Assembly: GCA_050175015.1 (NCBI GenBank)
Contig: JBFXJJ010000001.1
Coordinates: 96,001-160,000 of the forward strand
Direction: 5' to 3'
Source: Alphaproteobacteria bacterium
Lineage (GTDB): Bacteria; Pseudomonadota; Alphaproteobacteria; JBFXJJ01
DNA length: 64,000 nt
In this document: positions 11,233-22,400 of the stretch, in pieces
How positions within the stretch are numbered: position 1 is the stretch's first letter
How the letters are laid out: every line of letters begins with the position of its first letter
Notes under the pieces: model-generated
The model's database searches: none
What the model was told of the DNA's origin: nothing
The model's input: the letters and a program-made list of their open reading frames with translations, nothing else
Made by a program: the position numbers and the translations under genes

Positions 11233-11757
11233 TTATAGCTTATAAAAATTTTCGATCACAAAACAAATTATAGCAGAAAAACAAATTGCTACACCATAAG
11301 GAATACCGTTCTTATCATTCATAAGCTGGTTTAAGCATTGCGGGTACTTCCTGTTTTTCAAAAAAGTTCTTATGAAAATCAGGAATAAAGCGATAACTCC
11401 CCCCAAAAAAGATGTCATAACAATCATAAGCAGAATGTTTTTTAAACTAAACCATAAACCTAAAACAGCAAAAAGTTTAATATCTCCACCACCAATAAAA
11501 CCTAATTGCCAGATTATTATGCCTAAAACCAAATTAGAAATAGCAATTAGAGAGCGTTCAATTAAAAACAATAAAAATTCTTCGGGATTTTCTAAATATT
11601 TATAAAAAGCAAAAAATAAAAATAAGAATAATAAAAATAACGGTATTTTATTTGGAATAGTAAAAGTAAGAATGTCTTTAATAGATGCCCATAACATTAT
11701 AGTTAAGAAAAAAAAGAATATTAATGCTTTGAAATAAATGCCGCCTATCAAAAACAC
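11233..11757 (-). CDS. cpaA: Prepilin peptidase CpaA/TadV (A24)
   Basis: D..TFTIPN; GGGDIKL; IPYGVAI. Confidence 0.92.
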   Translation of the reverse strand: MFLIGGIYFKALIFFFFLTIMLWASIKDILTFTIPNKIPLFLLFLFLFFAFYKYLENPEEFLLFLIERSLIAISNLVLGIIIWQLGFIGGGDIKLFAVLGLWFSLKNILLMIVMTSFLGGVIALFLIFIRTFLKNRKYPQCLNQLMNDKNGIPYGVAICFSAIICFVIENFYKL

Positions 11758-11780
11758 ATTAACAACCCTTGTATTATTAA

Positions 11781-11818
11781 AATGTGCTGAGACAGTTTAA
11801 TTTCTATATCAGCACATT
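11781..11818 (-). terminator. Stem-loop downstream of the pilin gene
   Basis: Perfect 10-bp inverted repeat AATGTGCTGA/TCAGCACATT between flp and cpaA. Confidence 0.55.
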
Positions 11819-11833
11819 AACAAACAACTATCT

Positions 11834-12049
11834 CTATTCTTCGGCTGACATTTCAGCTGTTTTTTCAGCAACTTTATCAGAAATACCTGTGAATAAACCT
11901 TTAATGTTATCACCTAATGTGAAAACAATAACGATAATTGCAACAGCAACACCAGCTGCAATTAGTCCGTATTCAATGGCAGTTGCTCCTTTGATATCCT
12001 TAACAATTTTATTTTTCAATAACATTGCTTTAATATATAAACTTAACAT
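11834..12049 (-). CDS. flp: Flp family type IVb pilin
   Basis: G|ATAIEYGLIAA Flp motif followed by a hydrophobic helix. Confidence 0.95.
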   Translation of the reverse strand: MLSLYIKAMLLKNKIVKDIKGATAIEYGLIAAGVAVAIIVIVFTLGDNIKGLFTGISDKVAEKTAEMSAEE

Positions 12050-12310
12050 TCTAATATCTCCTTATTTTTTACTAAGCTAGCCCCATGCTATCTCTTTACA
12101 TAACTTCATATGCTACATAATATATAAAGAAACATCAATACTTTAGTTGATAATTAACAGTAGCCTTAAATCAACTAGGAGTTTATATTTTATGATTAGT
12201 CAACCGGCAACGCTATGATGTGTGTCACAGATATAAATATTCAGCTGTCTTAAAATTAAGAAAGATGATAATTGCAAAAAAAACAATTATGGGGATAAGG
12301 GAAAATAAAA

Positions 12311-12847
12311 TTGCTATTACCTTCAAAAAAATATGTAGAATCCAGATTTCAAAAGTTATCTGCTGATAATAAAGGATCTGTAGCAATCGAATTTGCTTTT
12401 TGCGCCCTTCCTTTTTTGGCCTTACTTTTTGCAATAATTGAAATATCAATGGTTTTACTGTTTAGCATTATTCTTGATGGCGCTGTTCTTGATGCTGCAC
12501 GTAAAATCAGAACTGGGGAAGCTTTTGAATCGGGAGATGCAGCAGGCACATTTGCAACCAAGCTTTGTGATTCTTTATTTGGGGTGATTGATTGTGACAA
12601 GGTAAGCTATCATGTAACCGTTTTTCCCGATTTTTCATCAATTACCTTTGCCCCGATGTACGATGAAGATGGAGAACCTATTCCTAGTTATTTTGAAGAC
12701 AGCGTGGCTGGAGATATTGTTGTTGTCAGAGCTTCTTATACTTGGAACATTTTAACTCCTTTTTTAGCTCCCTTTTTAGGCAGAGATAACTTTGGATTAG
12801 TTGCAACTACCGTTTTTCGCAGTGAACCTTATCAAGGAGCAATTTGA
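12311..12847 (+). CDS. tadE: TadE-family pseudopilin
   Basis: G|SVAIEFA N-terminus; C-terminal FRSEPY. Confidence 0.88.
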   Translation: MLLPSKKYVESRFQKLSADNKGSVAIEFAFCALPFLALLFAIIEISMVLLFSIILDGAVLDAARKIRTGEAFESGDAAGTFATKLCDSLFGVIDCDKVSYHVTVFPDFSSITFAPMYDEDGEPIPSYFEDSVAGDIVVVRASYTWNILTPFLAPFLGRDNFGLVATTVFRSEPYQGAI

Positions 12848-13365
12848 TGCTAAAACAGTTCCAAAAAGATATCTCTGCATCAGCAGCATCTGAATTTGCT
12901 TTAGTCATACCTTTTATGCTTATCTTGCTTTTGGGTGTTGTGGAAACATCACAGATTCTAATGGTTAAAAGGAAAGTAACTGCGGTTGCTCAAAATTGTG
13001 CTGATTTAATTTCCCGTGAAACATCAATAACAAACACTGAACTTGCTGATGTGGTTAAAGCCGTTTCTATGATTTTCTACCCTCTGCCCACGCAAAATCT
13101 AGGCATAAACATAAGCAGCATTGTTTTTGATGAAAGTAACAATCCCAGCTTAGATTGGGAGTTGACAGAAAGTGAAATTACGCTGCTTGGGGATCCTGTT
13201 TTAGATGATGTCACAGGATTAGGAGAAGCAAATGGAAGTGTGATAGTTGTATCGGTTACTTATAAACATAATCTTTTGTTTCCAACTTTGTTTGGCAGCA
13301 GTTACAACTTTTTTGAAAGGTCTTATGCCAAACCTAGGCGTTCAGCAAAAGTTACAAAGGAGTAA
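12844..13365 (+). CDS. TadE/TadF-family pseudopilin
   Basis: ASAASEFALVIP; C-terminal KPRRS. Confidence 0.85.
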   Translation: MMLKQFQKDISASAASEFALVIPFMLILLLGVVETSQILMVKRKVTAVAQNCADLISRETSITNTELADVVKAVSMIFYPLPTQNLGINISSIVFDESNNPSLDWELTESEITLLGDPVLDDVTGLGEANGSVIVVSVTYKHNLLFPTLFGSSYNFFERSYAKPRRSAKVTKE

Positions 13366-13371
13366 GAGATA

Positions 13372-14913
13372 ATGAGTATCACTAGAAAAAATAATTTAAA
13401 TGATGAAAGAGGAGCCTTTGCTGTAATTTTAGCTGTTGCAATTATTCCATTAATGTTTGTTGTCGGTTCAGCAATAGACCTTTCCCGTGCATATGTTGCC
13501 AAATCACGTCTTTCTTTTGCTCTCGATGCCGCAGGTTTAGCTGTTGGTGCGGCTAGCACCCAAGATGAAGATGAGCTTAATGAAATTATGCAGGCTTATT
13601 TTAATAAAAATTATCCCAGTTCAGAAATTGGAGACGAAGTTGATTTAGATATGACTTTTACCAATGGAGTTGTAACTCTCAGCGCAACAAGAAGAGTTCC
13701 AACAACATTTATGGCTCTTGCTAATTATGATTATTTAGATGTTTATGCTTCAACTCAAATAATCCGTGAAACTAAAGGATTAGAAGTAGCATTGGTGCTA
13801 GATAACACAGGTTCCATGTCATCAAACGGCAAAATAGTGGCGTTAAGAACTGCCGCAACATCATTGATTAATATTTTATTTGGCAACCAAGAAGATCCTG
13901 AGAACCTTAAAGTCTCACTCGTTCCTTATGTTACAACAGTTAATATCGGTAAAAACAATAAAGCGTATGTTAATTTTTCTGGAACGTCCTTTACAGGAGA
14001 CGATGCGATCGATTTAGCAAATACGGGAACAACTTGGAAAGGCTGTGTTAAAGCAAGATCATATCCTTTTAATGTGGAAAATGAAGGGGGAGGTTTATGG
14101 CCGGCCTATATCTGGCCTAAGGAGCCGCGTTATAGAGGAACAAGCGGAACATTAACCAGCAGCTGTGCTAATGTTTCCAATTCTTCAGGAACAGCGTGGA
14201 GCTATATTAAAGAACCTAATATCATTAGCAATAGTACTGTATCATCTTCTGGTCCCAACAAAGATTGTCCTCGTGCGCTTGTCCCGCTTTCTAGTGACAA
14301 ACAGCTTTTGCTTGATGAAATTGCGGCAATGTCTCCTTGGGGAAGTAACGGAACCATGTCCCATATGGGAATTTTCTGGGGAACAGAAACTCTTACCCCC
14401 GAGGCTCCTTTTGATGAAGGCGTCGATTGGGGAGATGAAGAATGGAATAAAGCTCTCATTATTATGACCGATGGTATTAACACGCTTACTCAACAGCATT
14501 ATCAATATAATACCAGTGAAACATCATCATCACATTATTGCCGTAATCCTACAACTCAGCGCCCAGTTGCATCTTCATGGCCCAATGGCGGTCCTTGGAC
14601 TCATTTTAGCGGAGAAGGATACCCCGTTGATGATGGACTTTTGCCTCTCGGTTCAGGAACAAAAGCTCAAAAATATAATAATATGATGACATTATTAAAT
14701 ACATATACGGCAGAGACCTGCGAATATGCTAAGTCAAAGGGCATTATTGTTTATACAATTACATTTCAATTAACAAATACAACCATTCAAGATTTATATC
14801 GGAATTGCGCAACTGATCCTAGTAAATATTTCAACTCTCCAACCAGCGAATCTTTACAGCAAACTTTTAGGGCAATAGGGGCAGAATTAAGCAATCTTCG
14901 TGTTAGTAGATAA
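13372..14913 (+). CDS. tadG: TadG-family vWA-domain pilus adhesin
   Basis: ERGAFAVILA pilin-like N-terminus; MIDAS DNTGSM; MTDG; C-terminal 'LSNLRVSR'. Confidence 0.88.
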   Translation: MSITRKNNLNDERGAFAVILAVAIIPLMFVVGSAIDLSRAYVAKSRLSFALDAAGLAVGAASTQDEDELNEIMQAYFNKNYPSSEIGDEVDLDMTFTNGVVTLSATRRVPTTFMALANYDYLDVYASTQIIRETKGLEVALVLDNTGSMSSNGKIVALRTAATSLINILFGNQEDPENLKVSLVPYVTTVNIGKNNKAYVNFSGTSFTGDDAIDLANTGTTWKGCVKARSYPFNVENEGGGLWPAYIWPKEPRYRGTSGTLTSSCANVSNSSGTAWSYIKEPNIISNSTVSSSGPNKDCPRALVPLSSDKQLLLDEIAAMSPWGSNGTMSHMGIFWGTETLTPEAPFDEGVDWGDEEWNKALIIMTDGINTLTQQHYQYNTSETSSSHYCRNPTTQRPVASSWPNGGPWTHFSGEGYPVDDGLLPLGSGTKAQKYNNMMTLLNTYTAETCEYAKSKGIIVYTITFQLTNTTIQDLYRNCATDPSKYFNSPTSESLQQTFRAIGAELSNLRVSR

Positions 14914-14996
14914 AAACTATGTTTGCAAGATTACATTTTACAGTTATTATATTTCTTTAATTAACTTATAAGGCATTTATTACCAACGAGTAAAGT

Positions 14997-15707
14997 ATGG
15001 CAGAAGATAATAAAAAATATACCTTATCTAATTTATCATTATTTGAAGACGTTTCAGCAGAAATTGTTGCCAAAATCGAAAACGAATGTGAGTGGCGCAA
15101 TTTAGAAAAGGACGAAATCATTTTTGATGATAAAAACGCCACAATAGATGTCTTTTTCATTGTTAAGGGAAAGGCGAGAGTTTTTATTGATTCAAAAAAT
15201 CAAATACAAGATGAAGAAAAAGAAGTCGCGCTGGCTGAACTTAAAGAAGGTGATTATTTCGGAGAAATTTCAGCAATTGATGGCCGTCCTCGAACGGCGA
15301 AGATTAAAACTACAGAGCCGACAATATTAGCCGTTTTAAAAAGAGAGCAGTTTTTATATCTTGTCGAAAGAATCCCTCAAATATCCTTTAAAATAATTAA
15401 TAAATTTGTCGGCATTATTAGAGCCCTTGATAAAAGGGTAACAGAACTTTCAGTTCTAACCGAAAGCGAAAGAATCTGTTCAGAAATAGCTAGATTGTCA
15501 ATAACAGACGTTACTAAACCAAACAGCCGGATTATTCCTATAATGCCTCGACATCAAGATATTGCAATGTGGGCAGGTGTAAGCAAAGAAATGGTTGCGA
15601 AAATAATAGGAGAGCTTGCTAGAAACAGTATTATTGAAAGACGCAGTTTATCTTTGATAATTAATGATTGGGACAAGCTTCAATCTCTTTGCCATTCAAC
15701 AGTATAA
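14997..15707 (+). CDS. Crp/Fnr family transcriptional regulator
   Basis: cNMP domain GDYFGEISAIDGRPRTA; HTH 'HQDIAMWAGVSKEMVAKIIGEL'. Confidence 0.9.
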   Translation: MAEDNKKYTLSNLSLFEDVSAEIVAKIENECEWRNLEKDEIIFDDKNATIDVFFIVKGKARVFIDSKNQIQDEEKEVALAELKEGDYFGEISAIDGRPRTAKIKTTEPTILAVLKREQFLYLVERIPQISFKIINKFVGIIRALDKRVTELSVLTESERICSEIARLSITDVTKPNSRIIPIMPRHQDIAMWAGVSKEMVAKIIGELARNSIIERRSLSLIINDWDKLQSLCHSTV

Positions 15708-15709
15708 TT

Positions 15710-16522
15710 CTAAAATTTTTTATTATATAATCCTAAATTCTCATATAACTTTTTATTGCTTTGAAAATCTTTTTCATTAAGATCTTGCCTCATTAGCTCT
15801 TCAGCTTCTTTTGTTTGACCTTTAAAAAGTTTAAGCATAGCTAGATTCTGCCTTAATTGGGGAGAAGATTTTGAGCTGTATACAAGAGGTTCAAGAAGGT
15901 TTATCGCCTCATCAAGTTTGTTGGACTTGGCTAAAGATAATGATAAATTATTGAGAACATCAATATTAGACGGTGATATTTTAAGAGCTTGATTATAATA
16001 ATCTTGAGCTTTATCAGAATCTTCCTTTACATCGTATGCAATACCAAGCGCATTTAAAACTTCAATATTCTCAGGTTCGCTTTCCAACGCTTTAAGAAGA
16101 GCTTCAAGTGCATTATCAATAGAATTATTAGCAATATTTAATTTGCCATATTCTATTAAGACTGGCGTTGAATAAGGCTCTTTTCTTAATGAGGAAATAA
16201 GATCTATTGCTTCTTGAGTTTTTCCTACATAGCGTAAATTTTTTGCTGCCCCAATTAAAAAGTCATCAGATTCTGGTTTATAATGTACAAGGCTCAAATA
16301 GTTCTCAGATGCCATTTGATATTGATTGTTTGCTTCCGCAGTAACAGCATCTTGTAGAACCGATGGTAATAAAGATTTATTCAAAGCTTTATAATCAGTA
16401 GATGGGCTGTTTGTTGAACAAGAAGCAATAAAAATACAATAAATAGTTAAAAGAAAGATTTTAATGCTTATGCGTCTTTTATAATTATCTTTTTTTATAA
16501 AAACGTTGTTTGTTCTCAGCAT
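15710..16522 (-). CDS. tadD: TPR lipoprotein, TadD-like pilotin
   Basis: Lipobox IASC; TPRs 'LNALGIAYD', 'LNNLSLS', 'RQNLA'; next to the Tad locus. Confidence 0.8.
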   Translation of the reverse strand: MLRTNNVFIKKDNYKRRISIKIFLLTIYCIFIASCSTNSPSTDYKALNKSLLPSVLQDAVTAEANNQYQMASENYLSLVHYKPESDDFLIGAAKNLRYVGKTQEAIDLISSLRKEPYSTPVLIEYGKLNIANNSIDNALEALLKALESEPENIEVLNALGIAYDVKEDSDKAQDYYNQALKISPSNIDVLNNLSLSLAKSNKLDEAINLLEPLVYSSKSSPQLRQNLAMLKLFKGQTKEAEELMRQDLNEKDFQSNKKLYENLGLYNKKF

Positions 16523-16855
16523 TTAGAGCCTCATTTGTAAATTGGTCTTTATTGTAAGTCTGCTACTTTTTTGAAGTTATCGCCCTAACGATTATAATTT
16601 ATTTATTATTTTATAGATATGAAAAAATATCGGATATTTTTAGTAATTATTGGGGGCTATTTTGCCATCACAGCAATTCAACCTATAGTGTATTTATGCA
16701 AATAATTTGTAACAAAAAGATTATTTGTTATGGTTTTAAGATTGTTTTATTAACATTTACAATAACTAAAATATCGTTAAAAAATGTCTTTTGTTAACTT
16801 TTTGTTCTCTTTATGTTATATGTTTGTTTCTAATTTAAACAAAGGAGATAAAATT

Positions 16856-17533
16856 ATGGGTATGCTTGAAAAACTTATAGAAACGGCAATAACTGGGGCT
16901 ATAGTATATGGGGTAGCAAAACATGAAGAAAAGAGTAAAGAGCAAAAAGAAAATTTTCCGCCCAAAGATGACACTGATTCTAAAGGAGATAACGATGAAA
17001 ACTCATCAAATGAAAATGAAGATGGTTCAGAAGATAAATCCAGTAATTTTATGAACAAAAACTATTCTCAAACGTTAGCTAATATTATGCCTGAGGTTAG
17101 AAAAGAATTTTATGGTATGGTTGATAAAAGTTCTAAGATTTTATCAAAAAATCCAGTAGAAATGACTAAAGAAGAAATGATGAAAGCAAAAGCATTCGTT
17201 TATGATAATGCTTATCACCCTAAAAAAGATGCTTTGAATCAGCATTTAGAAAATTATTTTAAAGTTCGTTACCCTGGAGAGGTTGAATATGATGAAACTG
17301 GTCGTATGATAGACCCTCAATCTATTATCCCGGAACCAACAGTTAAGGCTAAATATAAAGATATAAATGGCAGATTAATTGATGATGGGCTTGATAATAT
17401 CCTTATTAAAACAGCTCTTAGTTCTAAATCTGGGAATGGGGCAAAAAATCTCCAAAAAGCTGTTAATTCATTACAAGGCTTTAATGTTTTAAAAGAAGAT
17501 AATGATGATAAATTTGATTTAAGATATATTTAA
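16856..17533 (+). CDS. Hypothetical protein, possibly truncated
   Basis: AAGGAG RBS before ATG 16856; no recognised domain. Confidence 0.55.
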   Translation: MGMLEKLIETAITGAIVYGVAKHEEKSKEQKENFPPKDDTDSKGDNDENSSNENEDGSEDKSSNFMNKNYSQTLANIMPEVRKEFYGMVDKSSKILSKNPVEMTKEEMMKAKAFVYDNAYHPKKDALNQHLENYFKVRYPGEVEYDETGRMIDPQSIIPEPTVKAKYKDINGRLIDDGLDNILIKTALSSKSGNGAKNLQKAVNSLQGFNVLKEDNDDKFDLRYI

Positions 17534-17550
17534 ATAAACCTGTATTAAAG

Positions 17551-18531
17551 TTGGGGCAAGTGTTTGGAATCTTGGTGAAAATTATGTGGCAAAAAATAAA
17601 AGATAATTTTTTAACTATCGCAACTTCGGCATATTTTTTGTTTTGGGGAATCGAAATCATAGCTTTTTACATAGGTTATAAAAAATTTGAAGAAAAAAAG
17701 AATATGGATTTTATACAAGATGTATTAAATAATTCTTTAACAAATGTTATTATTTTAATAATTATATTAACAACTTTATCTTTGTTCTTAATTTTTGCAT
17801 TAATAAGAAAAAAGAAAAAAGCGTTTTTAAAAATAATATCTTATTTTTTAATTCCTCTAATATTATTTACTAATATTATTTTTTTGTTTTCTTCGTTAAA
17901 TGGATATGTAGCAAAATATTTAATCTACGGAACGAAGAATCAGATAGAGCAGTTATTTAATAGCCCTAACTCTGTTCTTATTAAATTGATACCAAAATTA
18001 AATCCTATATATGTAAGTATTATTTATAATAGAGATGAAAAAATTATTGAATTTTTAATAAACAAAACCAAGAAAGTTAATGCTATAGATTTCTTTGGAA
18101 GAACACCTCTTGTTTATGCTGTTACAGAAAGTTCTCCTGAAATTGTAGAACTCTTAGTAAAAAATGGAGCAGATGTTAACTTTCAAAATAAAAAGCTTCA
18201 TAACTATACTCCTTTGATGGAATCTATTGTTTTAAATAATAAAATAAATGATAAAGAAAAAATTGTAGAACTCCTAATAAAAGCAGGAGCTGATGTCAGT
18301 CTGCAATCTAGTGATGGTAGAAAAGTTTTAGATTATGCAACAATCTTATATAGCAAAAATAAAGATGAAATAACTTTAAGAACTATTGAATTATTATTAG
18401 AAGCTGGAGCGAACCCATTTTTAAAACCTAATGAAAAAGTCTTGTCGCCATATGAAATGGCTCGGAAATATGAAAATGCTGAGCTAATAGAACTATTTGA
18501 AAAGTATCGGGATAAAGACAAATTAAAATAG
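17551..18531 (+). CDS. Membrane-anchored ankyrin-repeat protein
   Basis: Three N-terminal TM segments; GRTPLVYA, YTPLMES and LLxxGADV/N repeats. Confidence 0.85.
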   Translation: MGQVFGILVKIMWQKIKDNFLTIATSAYFLFWGIEIIAFYIGYKKFEEKKNMDFIQDVLNNSLTNVIILIIILTTLSLFLIFALIRKKKKAFLKIISYFLIPLILFTNIIFLFSSLNGYVAKYLIYGTKNQIEQLFNSPNSVLIKLIPKLNPIYVSIIYNRDEKIIEFLINKTKKVNAIDFFGRTPLVYAVTESSPEIVELLVKNGADVNFQNKKLHNYTPLMESIVLNNKINDKEKIVELLIKAGADVSLQSSDGRKVLDYATILYSKNKDEITLRTIELLLEAGANPFLKPNEKVLSPYEMARKYENAELIELFEKYRDKDKLK

Positions 18532-18541
18532 AGGTTTAATA

Positions 18542-18670
18542 ATGGAAAATATTCTAAAATCAATAGAAGATGGTTTTAATAAAATAACAAATATAACCTG
18601 TATTATAGATTATATGAGCAAAGGTGAAAATCACAAGCCGACTAAACTAAAACCAATTTATGAAGGATAA
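18542..18670 (+). CDS. Possible 42-aa small ORF or gene remnant (MENILKSIED...)
   Basis: GAGGT RBS directly after the ankyrin stop; short open frame. Confidence 0.3.
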   Translation: MENILKSIEDGFNKITNITCIIDYMSKGENHKPTKLKPIYEG

Positions 18671-18750
18671 TTAAAAAAATATTTGTAATACCTTAAAAAA
18701 CTATCCGTCTTCTCTTTATGTTTTTTGATTAAAAAGGTTACCCCAAAGAA

Positions 18751-18784
18751 AAAGGGCTTTAAGGCAAAAACCTTAAAACCCTTT
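18751..18784 (-). terminator. Original tRNA-Lys terminator displaced by the island
   Basis: 14-bp stem (one G-U on the minus strand) plus T tract, immediately 3' of the duplicated tRNA end. Confidence 0.7.
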
Positions 18785-18789
18785 ATTTA

Positions 18790-18836
18790 ATTGGTGGGCG
18801 ATGGGGGACTCGAACCCACGGCCCGCTGATTAAGAG
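18790..18836 (-). repeat. att site: displaced 3' half of tRNA-Lys (47-bp direct repeat)
   Basis: ATTGGTGGGCGATGGGGGACTCGAACCCACGGCCCGCTGATTAAGAG, identical to 45051-45097; identity ends at the anticodon loop. Confidence 0.97.
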
Positions 18837-18941
18837 ATTTTGTCAGGAAATTTAGAACTGGTCCCGAAAGACACGCTAACCCATTGAAAAGCAATGGTAA
18901 AACTTTAACTAAGCGATTAGCCCCGTGTTAAGCAATCCGTG

Positions 18942-18963
18942 TTCCCGCCTTATTCCCGCTTTT
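18942..18963 (+). repeat. Putative integrase arm-type sites (2 x TTCCCGC, 11-bp period)
   Basis: TTCCCGCCTTA-TTCCCGCTTTT; the same motif recurs at the other island end. Confidence 0.7.
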
Positions 18964-19166
18964 ATCACCAAATTTCAGCTTAAAACCGATAACAGCCGTT
19001 TTTAGCATAAGCTCCTATTTTTAAACAAATTTGATGTAGGCTTAACCTGTAGAGTAATTTAATACGGAAAAAAGGAAAAAATTGATTGATAGAAGGACAC
19101 TTCAAAAGCTAGATAAATGAGCTATTTCACGCTATAATTATTCACGATGATTATCATTCTTCTTTA

Positions 19167-19201
19167 GTATTAAGTATTATGTATTATGTATTATGTATTA
19201 T
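19167..19201 (+). repeat. Tandem 7-mer repeat (GTATTAW)x5
   Basis: gtattaa gtattat gtattat gtattat gtattat. Confidence 0.85.
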
Positions 19202-19407
19202 TCGATAGTTAAAAAAATATCCGATAAAGCATATAGTTCAAACAAAATAAGCATTTTGAATTAACTTATTACCATCTGAATGCACCACTTCTCTTTTTTT
19301 GTCATTAGGCATTTATTTTCCTTATATATGAAAAAGAAAGAATTTAACATTAAAAAAACCATGAAACTTTCCTACTTCCCACAAAAACATATGACTAGTT
19401 GCAAATA

Positions 19408-22400
19408 TTAATATCTTGGCCACTGATTACGCACTTCAGAAAATTCATTTGTATCCTGACAAATTTGTTTCCACACGTTAATTTCTTCAGAAATATCCTG
19501 CTCACGCTCTAAAAAATAAGAATACAGAGCATAAGCAAGGCGTGCGCTATTTTGCCGAATAAGAAGTTTATCTGCTTCTTCTTTAACTGTCGTATCGTTT
19601 TGTGGGCTTGTTTCTTTAGCTAAATATTCTAAACCCTGTAAAACTAACCGCTGAGCTGATTCATTAAGCAAATCTGGCCTTATTTTAATAGCTTCTGTTA
19701 CAAAATGCATAGATGAAGACAAAGCCAATTTTCGCCTCCAACAAACAGCTTGAGCAACGAAAGAAATCAGTCCTTCTAATTTGCTTTTTGAGAAATCAAT
19801 ATTTAATTTTTTAAGTAAAACTAACCCCGCATGTAAATTAATATTTATTGTCTCTTCATCATTTGATGCAATATTATTTGTAATCTCTGTTACTATTTCT
19901 TCTTTCCATTCAGGAAAAATATTTAAAGCTGCCACCTTTAACTGAACATTATGTAGCTCGTATATTTCTAACTCTTTAATTAACTTAGAAAGAGTCCTCT
20001 TAGTTTTAGCATCTACGATTTGATCCAAGTTAGGAATTATCATATAAAACAACACACGGATCAACGCACAAAAACGTGCTTTAAATTCGTCGTAACGAGA
20101 GCCGAAGAGCATAATTTTTTTATTTTCTTCGTTTCTTAATTCTTCTTTATCAGCATCCCACCATTCAACAAGCCTATCTAAAATTCCTTTAATATCTTTT
20201 ATGCTCCAAATTTGCTTATCTCCCAAGCCGATAAGTTCATCACAAAATTCTATTTTTCCTCTTGTTCCAGTATATGATTTATTCCCATTTGTAGTTGGTA
20301 AGGGTAATTTCAGAACGTAATTTTTTACCAGATCATTTACAAAGGTTTCTTTTGGAGAAGGCAAAGTAAGAAGAACAAATTTATAAAAATCCATATTTTC
20401 AGGAAGACCGTTATTATCGACTTTTGACCAGAGAGCTTTAGCAAAATTATTGTTTTGTTCTTCCGTTAATAGACCATATTCATGCAATTTGGCAAGTGAT
20501 ATGATTGCCCATGCTCGTCCATTTGCATTTCCTGAATCTGTATATTTGATTAATTCATTTATCTGTATTTCTGCAAATTCTGATCTAGCCCAATCTTTTA
20601 GTAAATCTTTATCAAATGTTACAAAATAAAATGGATTCATAAATTCATCTTTTGCCATATCAGAAAGATTATCCAATATGGGAAAACTTAACAATTTTGG
20701 AATCCGTTTCCACAATTCATATGGATTATAAGATTCTATTAATCTACGAACCAGATTTTTAATCCCTGCATATTTATTTTTTTGGTTGGATAAATAAATG
20801 GTTTGTAAAAAATACAACAATTGATCTTTTTTCGAGAGAGAAGCTTTAGAACAAAGACGAGAAAGAATATCAGAACCAATTTGAGCAAACAAAATGCCAA
20901 AATTAGGCTTATCATAAGTATTTCCATCTCGTATTTCGGTCTGGTTTTTCTCTAAAATATCCAAAATGAATTCAATCTGTAAATCCGTTTGCTTTTGGTC
21001 AAATTGATTGAAAAAGCTACGGCTAAAAAAATCATCGATGTTTTTTCTATCTCCACAGCGGAGTTGCACTATAAAAGCTAAATAAGGATTGTATTTATAA
21101 ATTCGTTTACATACACCATTGCCTTCTCTTATAGCAAAATTAACCATCGGTACTTTAAAAGGAGAACCTATTTCTTCAATAAAACGCAAGAACTGTTTAG
21201 CAAGAATATAGTCTTTGTCACCACGAATATCCCAATGATAACTGGACTTTATCACACCAATATCAAAATCTGTTTTCTCTATTTTTTCTCTATATATTGT
21301 AGCTTCTCGAGTTAATGCTTGGCTGAACAACAAATTCTCTATTTCAGGATCTATCCCAAATATCTTAAATTGATTCCAATGATTTTCAATATTAGAGCTG
21401 TTTTTATCTCCATAATTACCTTGTTTTGCACGAACAGAAAAAGAAACCTTTCTAAATGACCATAAAATATAAGCCTCTTGAGAAACAAGAGACAAATCAT
21501 CCTTTGTAGGTTTTAAGTTTATCTTTAAACGAATAGTATTTAACGATTGTTCTAATATGGATTGAGCTTCCTCTATGCGCCCTAACTCAGCTAATACACC
21601 TGCTCTTTTTGCCTCCCAGAAGGGTAGCGTTTCATCCTTTTTCCATTTATTAAGAGTTTTTTCAATATCAGGAACTATAAAAGTAAATAAATCTTGTAGA
21701 ACGCATTCGTAGTAAAATCTAGCTCGCTGTTCTGCCGACAAATATCCTTCTATTTTTTCTATTTTATTTTTTATCTTTTTCCATTCATTGTGCTTTCCTT
21801 TTTCCCTAAAATATCGCAGCAAAGAAAATGATAAGTAAATCCATGCATTCTTAATATCATCCCATGGAAGAGATTCATATTTTTTGTCATCATAACATAC
21901 AACCACTTCTTTTTTATGGTTAAGTAATGTTTCAAAAGGCAAATATTTTTTCAAAAGCTTTTTGATAAATTCTGCTTCATAATGATGTAATGGATACAAA
22001 CATCTCTCCAAACGCCAAACTAGCTCATACATAAATTTAATATCAGTAGGAATAGGAAATTTCTTTTCATCCGAAGATATAAACCGATGAAGTTCCGTAA
22101 ACGTTAACAACTTCTCTCGCAAGTTATGTGGCAAAATACACCATCCAGGATAATTTTCTCTGTCTTTTTTCCAAAGTGGAATAAGTTCTTTAAGTTCTTC
22201 TTTTTGATGATACTCTTTAGGCCAATTATAATTATATGGTTTCTTATACTTCAATTTTTTTAAAAAATATTCTAATGCCTTATAATGAAAATTGGATACA
22301 TTGGTGTTTGTTCTCACCTGTTGAGACAAGTCGACAACAACAATATTGCGCTTTTCAAATAGCTTATATTGAGAATGTGTTGGTCTTGATGCTGTTACCA

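Noticed and set aside
12154-12169. CtrA box in the pilin promoter
   Set aside because: Spacing is TTAA-N8-TTAA, not N7, and TTAA is very common in this AT-rich DNA
18790-18836. Second tRNA-Lys gene
   Set aside because: Only the 3' half is present (no D arm or 5' acceptor strand); it is the att duplication
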